A DNA stretch of 60,099 bases, the filler included, from Basidiobolus meristosporus CBS 931.73 (Eukaryota; Fungi; Basidiobolomycota): the NCBI GenBank assembly GCA_002104905.1. It is 3 parts of 3 records of this genome, joined end to end, with 100 filler letters (N's around TTAATTAATTAA, not from the genome) between each part and the next. Parts side by side here need not be neighbours in the genome. Positions count along the whole stretch, not along the records: positions 1 to 24,930 come from MCFE01000937.1; positions 25,031 to 45,000 come from MCFE01001018.1; 1 more part is not named here. One strand, written 5' to 3'. The notes under the pieces were generated by a model. That model had not been told where the DNA came from and searched no databases. It saw only the letters and a program-made list of their open reading frames with translations. A program made the position numbers and the translations under genes. This document shows positions 24,707 through 36,064 of the stretch, one piece after another (the stretch's first letter is position 1; each line of letters opens with the position of its first letter).

Positions 24707-24930
24707 TTACCAGAAAGCGCACCAACCGATGTAGCATTGGCAAAGGTTTTCCAAGGAAGTCGCCTGCTGTATCAGCTTCTCCCACCTGGGTTGACACATC
24801 CAGCGTTTGGTTGGGCTTGAAGTCTCGTCCGGTTCAACTTGTTGAGATTCTATTGACCACGTTCAGGGCCTTTTGATTCAAGACTTCGGGGTTATTGCTT
24901 AGGCTCCTCTTCTTGTGCATACTCCGACTG
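24707..24930 (-). CDS. TOR: 3' end of a TOR kinase gene (FATC domain); partial, with three single-base indels; absent from the ORF track
   Basis: Allowing three 1-nt indels it reads ...[59 protein letters not shown] (stop at 24707-24709), the canonical TOR C-terminus. Confidence 0.9.
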
Positions 24931-25030
24931 NNNNNNNNNNNNNNNNNNNNNNNNNNNNNNNNNNNNNNNNNNNNTTAATTAATTAANNNNNNNNNNNNNN
25001 NNNNNNNNNNNNNNNNNNNNNNNNNNNNNN
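24931..25030. other. Artificial contig spacer
   Basis: 44 N + TTAATTAATTAA (stops in all six frames) + 44 N. Confidence 0.97.
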
Positions 25031-25914
25031 TGCTTCCTATGAAGCAGGCCCCATGGTTTACCTCCCAAGGACACAAATATTGATTTACAAAATGCAAATT
25101 TACCCAACATAAAGGGGTTCACACATTCAGCATTCAATAGTATATCATGTGTTATGGCAACTATATGGCAAATTCATAAGGGGTACCAATCCAGTATCAT
25201 AAGGGTGTTCTATATACTGGTACCTTAAGATAACTCATCTCTCGACCTCCAAATTGGCAGCTAGGAATATACTCACGATCTGATAATCAGGCCAAAAATA
25301 TAGTAGGTATTTTCCGACCAACTTAACCCATGAAATCTAGGCCTGCACCGGATCTGAGATATCCATACGCTAGATTGGTTGATAAATTTATTAAACCACG
25401 GGAGAATTTAATGACTTGTCAGATACCTCACTTCAATGCTTAGCTTACAGAGCTGCCATATTTGTAGGAGAGATGGGTGGCATTTTCTACACTTCGAAAT
25501 ATGCTTGAACAGAATACGGAAAAACTACGCCGGCCTGAGTTCGAGGCATTCATATCTTGGCTTCAACGATGGAATATTCAGGACTGGTATAAGCTAGGCC
25601 AAAACATCAATGGTAGTAAAGCTTGTGACAAACACCACCAGGATATACTAAATTCAGAACAAGCTATTGTTATCATCAGCAGATTTCTATATATAGGAAT
25701 GGCTCATATGTTAGATTCAATAAAGTATCTTACGTAACTTGAGTGAGTTCGGTACCTTAGAATGGGGTCTATATTGGGAAACTCCTTTCTGCCTCCTGGC
25801 CGTTGCCACGTACGGATATTCCTTAACCGATAGAAGTTACTTCAATAGAATCTTTCCAGATATACTTGCCCTAGTAAACACTTCGATAAATGCTAAGCGA
25901 GCCATACACCAAGG

Positions 25915-25922
25915 TATAAATA
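25915..25922 (+). promoter_or_regulatory. TATA box of secreted-protein copy 1
   Basis: TATAAATA starting 56 nt before the ATG; same spacing in all four copies. Confidence 0.75.
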
Positions 25923-25970
25923 CAGACAAAGATCCGTAGCAACCATCACAACCTACTTCAAGTTTATACA

Positions 25971-26555
25971 ATGCAATTCTCAAAGTCTCTCTTCGCTGCT
26001 CTGGCTACCGCTACTTCCTTTATGGGCGCTGCTACCGCTGCGCCTGTTGACAGCTGCAACGTCCTTACACCAGTTCAACAAAGCCAGATCGGACTCAATG
26101 CCTGCTCACCATCCGAAGTTACTGTCCAATCCGTGCCTGAACTGATCACCGAATACCTCGACAAGACCCCCTACACCGTTGGCGCATCTGATTCCATTAC
26201 CAACGCCAACCTGATTGGCTTGCAAGAAGGAAGCACCAGCCTCACCGGCCTGTACGAAGCCTCGTACAACTACTACAACTACAACCAGTGCTACAACTTC
26301 GAGACAGCCACCGATATGCAGGTCTACCTCACCTTTGGACAGTCGGATGAGGCCGGACTCTACTGCTACTACAGCAACTGGGGCTGCTATGGCGAGGAGG
26401 TGTGCATCAAGAACAATGGCAACACCATTGTTCCGGTATCTGACGATGTCCGCAAGACGGGAATCAAGAGCACAATGCTGAAGAGGTTCCATGACAGTAT
26501 TGATACTGATGTACCTGATGAGGCACCCAAGAACGCCATCTCATGGGTGTATTAG
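25971..26555 (+). CDS. Small secreted Cys/Tyr-rich protein, copy 1 (194 aa, function unknown)
   Basis: Hydrophobic signal peptide ending ATA-AP, 6 Cys, GC3-biased codons, TATA box, three further near-identical copies. Confidence 0.9.
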   Translation: MQFSKSLFAALATATSFMGAATAAPVDSCNVLTPVQQSQIGLNACSPSEVTVQSVPELITEYLDKTPYTVGASDSITNANLIGLQEGSTSLTGLYEASYNYYNYNQCYNFETATDMQVYLTFGQSDEAGLYCYYSNWGCYGEEVCIKNNGNTIVPVSDDVRKTGIKSTMLKRFHDSIDTDVPDEAPKNAISWVY

Positions 26556-28683
26556 ATAGTGTTCGGGTGTGTTTCTCATACTCATTGTAAATGTCGCAAT
26601 AGAAATAAAATAATATCAAGCAGAAAGCCTAGTAGATTCCTGCACTGCAATAACCTTGAGTCAAGTGACATAGGAGTAGGAGAAAATATCTGACTATATC
26701 CGAGTTTCCGTTGTTTAATGGATGGATATTGTCCGAGCTCCTCTCCCAGAATTATCGAGTTTCCCCTCCAGAAAATGCTAATTGAAAATGGCGATCCCTC
26801 ATTATTCCCGCTTGCGGTTTCGATAATATTCATTTGGAGGGCAATTTCCATATTCGGAACTCGAAATCATCCGAATTTGCACAGGCTATATCAATGATGT
26901 AACTAGCACTAATTAAAGTATTAGGCGAGTGATATAAACATTGCCATTCAACTGAGGCCGTAGGATTTAGATTCACTCACCAATAGCTACAAGTATTCAG
27001 ATCAGTCATTGTGTGGTCATTATACCATTTAATACAGCATTGGTAAGTTGCAGGTTTTGTCCTACTTGATTGGACCCGTAGCAGAACTGAATAGTAACAG
27101 GGACCGGAAAAATCTTAGAGCTTGTTCTTTCGTTGACCTGGTAATTAAATAACATCTCGAGTTGGCTGAAGTATCGGAGTATGTCACACGAGTAAGTGTT
27201 TGTGGAATTATATAGGAGTATTGTAATTGACCCCATCGATCGTCCTGTTTAAGAATATTCTCGACTCTTATAGCAGTCCCATATTGGATAAAAATGGGCT
27301 ATTAGCTTGGCAGAAAACATTTTGATCACCACTTCAATCAAAATAAGAATGGAGATACCTACACTACTCATTACCTAGAATAATTGGAAAGGACTAGGTA
27401 CTCGGTATAAACCAGAATATTATCGCGATTAAGCTCCCAATGGAGAAAGAATATTGATGGCTAATCAAGCCATTTCTAGCCACGTGCCCATTCTCCTCCG
27501 TAAAATTGCCCAGCTCAAGACGCGATCCCATTGTATCTCGTGCACCACTAATTTTTTCGGCTCAGTATAGGTTACAAATCTGCATAGCAGTCTCAATATC
27601 AAGTTTGCCAAATTATACCAGCAAAATACCCGGCACACATTCCCATGTGCTCCGATGATTTCTTTAGCTAACAAAAGCCAGCTGGACTCACCATATAGTT
27701 AGTGGTGCACGGATCAGAGTCGAAGTTATTCAGTATAATCCAGAATACTTATAAAACAACAACCTGAGTTCTCATGCAACGTGATTCACCATTGTTCTAC
27801 TTGCAGGATTGACACACCAATCTGCTCAATCGTATAGCGCCTCCTTTAGGTCCAGCCCATCATTAAATACAGTCCTATTTCCCACTAAAAGCACCATGAT
27901 AGGAGGAGCCGTTGAATTAGATAAACCACATAAATATTTTAAACTGTACAGGGAGTGACATGGTCTATATTTCTCGGGTTTGTGGTTCCGAAACGCACCA
28001 TTTATATTCCTTCTTCAGCTTCTCACCTTCTATTCTTCATTCGGTTTCAAGGTTTCACGTTTGTAGAAGATCTCGGCATGCCGTTTGTTTTTATAAGTTC
28101 ACTAGGAGGCAGGACTGGAATTTGCCTCCAATGATCTCCAATATTTTGTAAATTATGACGATCACCAACGTGGATAGGCTGATCACAGTCAATGAAATAA
28201 CATTTCAAGATGATATCAATAGTTACGGCAACCATATAGCATAGATGTGGGGACATCAACCAATTATAGTGAGGTTATTCCATAGACTGGGAACCATACG
28301 ATAGCTCATCACACGTTTTCCAAATAGGATTTTTGAAAATCGCACTACTGCCCATAGAATTGGTTAATCAAGGTAGTGATTTGGTACGCATTTTCCGACT
28401 CACATAGCCAATGAGACGTACGCTCCCATCATCTAGGTCGGTACCAGAACCGAAATATCCATGCACAAAATTGGTTGGTAAAATTCGGAAGGGATACAGC
28501 GTGTCATAAATTACGCCCTAATATTTAACGTAATTAAGTGAATACTGAATCTTACCATCTACGATCACTTTTATACCTCCGGCCGATGACCAAGTATGGT
28601 TACACGCCAACCGATCGAACTGCTTGAACGGAATTGTTACCAGATTCACATGTCCCAGCAAAAACCACTTATACACACGAAGA

Positions 28684-28691
28684 TATAAATA
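28684..28691 (+). promoter_or_regulatory. TATA box of copy 2
   Basis: TATAAATA starting 56 nt before ATG 28740. Confidence 0.75.
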
Positions 28692-28739
28692 CAGACATTT
28701 GCAAGTAGCAACCATCACACCCATCTTTAAGTCAATATA

Positions 28740-29324
28740 ATGCAACTCTCAAAGTCTCTCTTCGCTGCTCTGGCTGCCGCTACTTCCTTCATGGACACTG
28801 CTACCGCTGCGCCTGTTGACAGCTGCAACGTCCTTACACCAGTTCAACAAAGCCAGATCGGACTCAATGCCTGCTCACCATCCGAAGTTACTGTCCAATC
28901 CGTGCCTGAACTGATCACCGAATACCTCGACAAGACCCCCTACACTGTTGGCGCATCTGATTCCATCACCAACGCCAACCTGATTGGCTTGCAAGAAGGA
29001 AGCACCAGCCTCACCGGCCTGTACGAAGCCTCGTACAACTACTACAACTACAACCAGTGCTACAACTTCGAGACAGCCACCGATATGCAGGTCTACCTCA
29101 CCTTTGGACAGTCGGACGAGGCCGGACTCTACTGCTACTACAGCAACTGGGGCTGCTATGGCGAGGAGGTGTGCATCAAGAACAATGGCAACACCATTGT
29201 TCCGGTATCTGACGATGTCCGCAAGACGGGAATCAAGAGCACAATGCTGAAGAGGTTCCATGACAGTATTGATACTGATGTACCTGACGAGGCACCCAAG
29301 AATGCCATCTCATGGGTGTATTAG
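28740..29324 (+). CDS. Small secreted protein, copy 2 (194 aa)
   Basis: Differs from copy 1 only at a few signal-peptide residues. Confidence 0.9.
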   Translation: MQLSKSLFAALAAATSFMDTATAAPVDSCNVLTPVQQSQIGLNACSPSEVTVQSVPELITEYLDKTPYTVGASDSITNANLIGLQEGSTSLTGLYEASYNYYNYNQCYNFETATDMQVYLTFGQSDEAGLYCYYSNWGCYGEEVCIKNNGNTIVPVSDDVRKTGIKSTMLKRFHDSIDTDVPDEAPKNAISWVY

Positions 29325-31582
29325 ATATTGCTCAGGAGTGCTTCATACACTCATTGTAAATGACATAGTAGAATAAAGTAATTGAGTAGAAATGAAAGTT
29401 AATATTTCGGCTATACCTTTGTGCATTGATGAGCAAGTATAGGTCATTTTTGTCCACATCTGAGTTTACGTTGTTTAAGCGATGAATATTTTCCCAGCTC
29501 TTCTCAGAATTATTGAGTTTCCACTCCAGAAAATGCTAATTTAAAATGACGATCAGTCATTATTTCCACTGACGATTTCGAATATATTCGTTTGAAGGTC
29601 AATCTCTATATGCGGCACTCAAAATCATCCGAAATTGCTCAGGCTATATCGATGTTGTAACCAGGACTAAATAAAGTATTGAGGGAGCAGACCAACATTA
29701 TTGGGCGGAGTCGGTAGAATTTAAATTCTCTCACTGAAACCCATCGGTGTTCAAATCAGTCTTAGTGTGATGATCATTTTGCCATTTGATACAACATTAT
29801 TAAGTTAAAGGTTTTGCCCCCACTTGATTGAAATGAGAAATATTAGGAATCTTCGAGCATGTTCTGTTTGTTTTCATTTTGTACACCCGTCAAAGGGTTT
29901 GATACTCGCAATAGTGCACAATATTATTACTAGAGCTCCCAAAAGTTTTTTCTGTGATAGGTCTATTGGTTGTTAAATGCCTAATCAGGCCCTTTTTTTC
30001 CACCTATAAGCATGGAGTGTCGCTTATCTTGTGCAAAATTGATAATTTATTAACCACACCTCCTTCTTTCTCATGGGTCTACTAACTTCCTGGAGAGTGT
30101 TGATAGAAAACTGTGCAGCGGCACCTATCTATCGGACGTGCATGTGGCTTACTGCGATTCTCGGACTATATCTTGGTGAATTTGGGTGTACAACACCAAT
30201 GGATTCAACATTTGATTAATAGCTGAAGATTTGGAGATCTATATAGCAGAATATACTTCCAATTTTTTGAACAAAGCCCCTTATATTTTCCGCTTCACCT
30301 GATTCTAAGCATATTCTATCTTACAGGACGGAAGCACGAGTGTATTATGATCATCCAAAAATTCCCACAATGGTAATCCGCCTCTAGATTCCATAATCCA
30401 AAGACATCAACGAATTAATATAAAACGCATAGATATGTTGTCGCTACAAAGATAAGCCAATCTAGTGAAGTTGAGAAACCAACCAGTTACATAATCTTAA
30501 GTATCCGGGTTTACGGTTCCGGAAAATCCAATTGATATTCCTTTTCCAGGATCGCGCCATCCATTTATGCTTGAAGAAAATCTCGGCATAGTATAAAATT
30601 TCGGGGAAGCCTACCAGGAGGCAGGTCCCACGGTTGACTTCCAAAAGCCTCACAAAACTGATTTAGACATTCAGATAGATGGTAATGAGAATACTCAGAC
30701 TCTGTAAGCGACATCTAACAACCATTTCAGGCGATTATAGATTATTCCGGTAACCATAGCGCTCGAATAAAGTAGTGTGAGGATATTGCATATTGGGAAA
30801 TGTGAGCTAGCTATCACTCACCCTCCACACTGGCTTTCGGAAAATCACAGGACTGCCCGCATGCATTGTTAATCTAGACATCTAAAAATATGCCGACCAT
30901 TTTCGGACTGGAAGCGAGTGCAGGTAATCTAGATACCCAAACTGAACCATTAAAGCGTTGGGTTAGTTTATAAGTTCTGCCATAATTGCAGCATGTCGAA
31001 AATACTGGAAGTAAGATTTCGATCCGAGTCTAGAACATGGAATAAGACAAACTTTGTTTATCAGGCCTCATCTTTATTACAAGCTACCTTATAGAGCTAC
31101 TACACCTTTCCAGGTTACGAAACCGCATTACATGCGGAAGAGAGGTCATTCTGGGGTATTGAGTATATGCGAAATCATATGGAGACTCAGCTAGCTGATG
31201 AAGCCGTTTCTCTAGCTTCAGTCGGGAATATCATCAACTTGATTTCAATAATGAGCTGTTCAAGATGACGTAGAATAGGTTATCGACTCGTTAGTTAATA
31301 CTGGAATGTCACAAAACGCAACCAGATATACTAAATCCAGATCAAGCAATTATAACAATCGGGGAAAATACATATAATAGATATTATTCCCTGTTATTTA
31401 CCATGAGATATGTTACGTAATATTCAATGATTGAAGATCATCAATGGTAACTTTGAGGGCGCCTATATTCGGCATTTATTTCTACATCCTGTTCGTTACC
31501 AAGTATAGCCATTCCTCAATCGACAGAAATTACTTGAATGGAGTTGCTACAGATTTCCGCCTAAAAATACTGCGATACATGT

Positions 31583-31590
31583 TATAAATA
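31583..31590 (+). promoter_or_regulatory. TATA box of copy 3
   Basis: TATAAATA starting 56 nt before ATG 31639. Confidence 0.75.
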
Positions 31591-31638
31591 CCGACTTACT
31601 GTGGGCATGTATCATCATAGCCTACTTCAAGTAATACA

Positions 31639-32225
31639 ATGCAACTCATCCAAGTCTCTCTTCGCTGCTCTGGCTGCACGCTACTTCCTTCATGGGCGCT
31701 GCTACCGCTGCGCCTGTTGACAGCTGCAACGTCCTTACACCAGTTCAACAAAGCCAGATCGGACTCAATGCCTGCTCACCATCCGAAGTTACTGTACAAT
31801 CCGTGCCTGAACTGATCACCGAATACCTCGACAAGACCCCCTACACTGTTGGTGCCTCCGATTCCATTACCACTGCCAACCTGATTGGCTTGCAAGAAGG
31901 AAGCACCAGCCTCACCGGCCTGTACGAAGCCTCGTACAACTACTACAACTACAACCAGTGCTACAACTTCGAGACAGCCACCGATATGCAGGTCTACCTC
32001 ACCTTTGGACAGTCGGATGAGGCCGGACTCTACTGCTACTACAGCAACTGGGGCTGCTATGGCGAGGAGGTGTGCATCAAGAACAATGGCAACACCATTG
32101 TTCCGGTATCTGACGATGTCCGGAAGACGGGAATCAAGAGCACAATGCTGAAGAGGTTCCATGACAGTATTGATACTGATGTACCTGACGAGGCACCCAA
32201 GAATGCCATCTCATGGGTGTATTAG
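31639..32225 (+). pseudogene. Small secreted protein, copy 3, with two 1-nt insertions in the signal-peptide region (pseudogene or sequencing error)
   Basis: ATGCAACTCATCCAAG... and GCTGCACGCT each carry one extra base relative to the other copies (587 vs 585 nt). The remainder is nearly identical. Confidence 0.65.
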
Positions 32226-34151
32226 ATATTGCTCGGGAGTGCTTCATACACTCATTGTAAATGACATAGTAGAATAAAGTAATTGAGTAGAAATGAAAGT
32301 TAATATTACTGCACATGTTTGGTAATGGAATGGAGCCTATGGTTATTAGGAGTCTTGACAATTGTAGGGGCAGGTTGTGTAATGCGTAATATAGTAGACA
32401 ACATATACTCAGCACCTTGAGTTGTGCGAAGTTAGAGAATGCTGAAAAGTACTTGTGGAATCATTTCTGAAGCATCTCACACATACCACTAGTCAGTATA
32501 GTAATAGATTGTGACATTCATATGTTTTGTATACCCCTATAGTAGTCCGGTATCGATAAAGATGGTAATGTAGCTTGGCAGGAATCCCTACTCTGATCAT
32601 CAGGATCTGAATACACACGCTACCTAGTTCCTCTAGTAGGCTACTGAAAGGGTTTGATATACCGAATGTTGCAACATCAAGACAATTCTAGACGCACACA
32701 TATCCTTGTAAAGCTTACCTGGTTAATGTCCACACATCCCTCCTTCGTATCTCACTACTATTTTGCCTCGCTTAAACTTCTAAGCGAGTTTCGAAATGCG
32801 GTCGAATAGGAATTACCAAATAATCTTTTACTTTATTACTGATTTTTTAAAGTTCTATGAGTGGGACTTGTGAGAAGGGTCTAGCACGTTCAATATTGTG
32901 TTATCTTCTAGCAAACCCTAAGATTCTCAAAGGATATCGACGCACTATCAGAATGTATGATTATATATTGTGGAATACACTTGAGCTTAATATCAGCATT
33001 TTCTTACATGCTACTCTGACAATTAAGCCTTCATCCATATAATTCTCAAAAGCTTTCTTCTCTTCTATGCCAATTGAAAATCCTGCGATGAGGATGTGTG
33101 TATTATACAGAATAGAGATACGGGTATATTCGACTTGAATGAAAGATTTTCCGAAAAGCAGCATCGCAGGAGTTCCCAACGCTTTGATAATAGAAAGAAA
33201 TGCGTTGAGCAGTACATGTGCAAATATGTTTATTAAAGTAATACTCAGCCTAATGGGTCGCGAACAGAATGGACTCCTTTATCTTATCGGAATTTGAATT
33301 GCATCAAAAGGAGGGCCGATAATCTGACTCACGGCCTCGGATCTGTAGACCCAGAAAGCCGAATAGTAATCGCCTCGATCGGTGGCTAGCCTTCGACCTG
33401 CTCGAAGAATATTTCAACATTTCACGTATGATTTCAGTGATGCTTACTAGGAGGTGGGATTCGCCTCTGGAAGCCACCAACATTTTTTAGGATATTTAGT
33501 TACAAGACAGCGGGAACGAATCGGGTGTTTAGACTAACTTTATATACCACCATTGATATGCATATTTGGATGAAGCATCACAAGCACATTTCACACCTAG
33601 AGAACGGATAATTGGCTAATCTAACCAGTCATGTATTGCATATTTTCCAAATGCTAAATTATTTAGCGTTACATACTTGATTTGCGCCTCAACATTAAAA
33701 TCAATGGAAAATCACAAGCCATTTTAGATTAACCATTTGGACATAGATAGATGTTTCCAGCGCGTGGTTGACAGTTCCCGAGCACTTATTATAATTTTTG
33801 GTTCCATAAGAATTCTGCGAAACTTTGAGCGCTAGGTTTGTTGATGGTATTCCAAAAACTGATTGCAGGATTTCAATGTAGTCCAGAACCATGGAATAGG
33901 TACAAACTGTTGCCCCGTAGAGAATCTCACTCCTATGCTTAATCTGTAAATCGAGCCACTTCAATCGGTACCAAGTATTCTACTGAATATTTAGCTATTG
34001 TAATTTATTATCCGTAGCCTTGGTAGTGGTCATTTACCTCTCATTCGTTACCAAGCGTAATTCTTGGTCAGTTATTAGGTGTTATTTGAACACGCCATTT
34101 CTAGGATTTGCTTCTCATAATATATACTATCAGATAAGGTACACGCAAACA

Positions 34152-34159
34152 TATAAATA
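34152..34159 (+). promoter_or_regulatory. TATA box of copy 4
   Basis: TATAAATA starting 56 nt before ATG 34208. Confidence 0.75.
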
Positions 34160-34207
34160 TCACCTCTCATTCAAATAATTCAACCCAACCTACCTCCAAC
34201 TGACGAT

Positions 34208-34792
34208 ATGCAAATCTCCAAGTCTCTCTTCGCTGCTTTGGCTACCGCTACCTCCCTCTTGGGTTTTGCGACTGGTGCTCCGGTTGATTGTTGCGACGGT
34301 CTTACACAAGAACAACAGAGTCAAATTGGGCTAAACGCTTGTTCATCATCCGATGTTGTAATTCAGTCTGTGCCTGAACTGATCACCGAATACCTCGACA
34401 AGACCCCCTACACTGTTGGTTCCTCCGATTCCATTACCAATGCTAACTTGATTGGCTTGCAAGAAGGAAGCACCAGCCTTACCGGCCTGTACGAAGCCTC
34501 GTACAACTACTACAACTACAACCAGTGCTACAACTTCGAGACAGCCACCGATATGCAGGTCTACCTCACCTTTGGACAGTCGGACGAGGCCGGACTCTAC
34601 TGCTACTACAGCAACTGGGGCTGCTATGGCGAGGAGGTGTGCATCAAGAACAATGGCAACACCATTGTTCCGGTATCTGACGATGTCCGGAAGACGGGAA
34701 TCAAGAGCACAATGCTGAAGAGGTTCCATGACAGTATTGATACTGATGTACCTGACGAGGCACCCAAGAATGCCATCTCATGGGTGTATTAG
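34208..34792 (+). CDS. Small secreted protein, copy 4 (194 aa; divergent N-terminus, near-identical C-terminus)
   Basis: Residues 1 to about 53 are diverged, with an extra Cys (VDCCD). From QSVPEL onward it matches copies 1-2 apart from one A-to-S change. Confidence 0.9.
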   Translation: MQISKSLFAALATATSLLGFATGAPVDCCDGLTQEQQSQIGLNACSSSDVVIQSVPELITEYLDKTPYTVGSSDSITNANLIGLQEGSTSLTGLYEASYNYYNYNQCYNFETATDMQVYLTFGQSDEAGLYCYYSNWGCYGEEVCIKNNGNTIVPVSDDVRKTGIKSTMLKRFHDSIDTDVPDEAPKNAISWVY

Positions 34793-35280
34793 ATATTGCT
34801 CGGGAGTGCTTCATACACTCATTTTAAAGGTCGCAATTGTCATTAATCAAGTGTATTTCTTATTGTAACTGTATAGAATAAAATTGAATCATACTGTTAT
34901 TAAGTATCAACTTGCCTTTCTCTACCCGGGTGAATCCTTGCTTCCCCTTCAAACGGACGTGACCTTACAAATACACTAAAGCTCAACTAGCCCTAAGCAT
35001 AACTAATACAACAAGTAGATGGATGCTGTATTGCTGTAGTATCATTTACAAGGACAAAACAGTCAGCCAGCCGCTTTAGTGGCGTAGCACCATTTACAGG
35101 ATGAAACAATTGTGCATCACGATCCAACCTTTTTGGCTGACAGGGTAAGTACAGGAACGTAGCGATTGATACCTCTCTGATAAAGATGGATGTCACAGAC
35201 GTCTCTAGCGGTATGGTACTTTACGCAAGCAATATCTTTGCTGGGGTCAAGATCCACCTTAGTAATGTACATTTAGAATT

Positions 35281-35478
35281 GGGTGGGGGGAGAGAGTCAC
35301 CAACAGGTGAAATCTCTATCTTAGTCAAACAAAAGAGGCCATCATTGCTGCTGTAGCTCTGATACACAAGTGTATAGCTGAGGGGAGTTGGTAGGCAGGT
35401 TATTAAGAAGAAATGATAACCCTTCAGTGCTCAAGACAAGAGCCAGTAGGATGATGGGTAGCAAGAGTGGTAAGAACC
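35281..35478 (-). mobile_element. Diverged 3'-end fragment of the telomeric LINE (family A)
   Basis: GGGTGGGGGGAGAGAGTCACCAACAGGTGAAATC followed by sequence encoding VLSTEGLSFLLNNLPTNSPQLYTCVSELQQ, versus VLSTEELSSLLINLPTNSPQLHTLVSKLQQ in ORF2. Confidence 0.8.
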
Positions 35479-36060
35479 GTTGTAAAAACCTTAGTGATAT
35501 CTCATGTGATTGGGAAAAGTAGATTTTGCAATTTCCACTTGATGATTTTTTGAATGTGAATTAGAATTACACTTTTACATGGTCTTGCCAAAAAAAACAT
35601 GTAGAATATGCTTAGAAAGGCCCCAAGAGCATGTGTGCAAAGCTCAGGGCTATTTAGACAGCTTTAAGAAACTTCACATCCTGGGTACCTGATATCTTGG
35701 TGAAAATATTCTAAATAGATCCTGACAATGAACTAGGTCAGAATTCTCTGAGAACTGTAGACTATGATCTAGGTGACTAAGCTAGGTGAGTGCTTTGGTA
35801 TAATAACAAAACCTAAAACACTCCCACATCTAAATATTTGTATTGATTAGTCATAAAAGTGATCTAAGATATTCAAATTTGTCTCTAGCCAAGCCCCTAA
35901 GGCTTGGTGAATATGTCCGCAATCAGTTCATATGTGAGACAGTAAGCTAAGTTGACCAAGTTGATCTCTATGTACTTCCCTTTGAGAATCAAATGTAATG
36001 ATTATATCAAGGGCCATCACAGGATTTAAATCCCATGACTAAGAGGAATTAATGCCATTA
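35479..36060 (-). mobile_element. Old copia 3' LTR, PPT and RNase H end
   Basis: Decayed reverse LTR at 35479-35820, then CTCCCAC (reverse PPT) and reverse RNase H sequence. Confidence 0.7.
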
Positions 36061-36064
36061 GTAC

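Noticed and set aside
26106-34729. Repeated 127-128-aa antisense and 88-aa alternate-frame ORFs in the secreted genes
   Set aside because: They recur only because the underlying CDS is duplicated.
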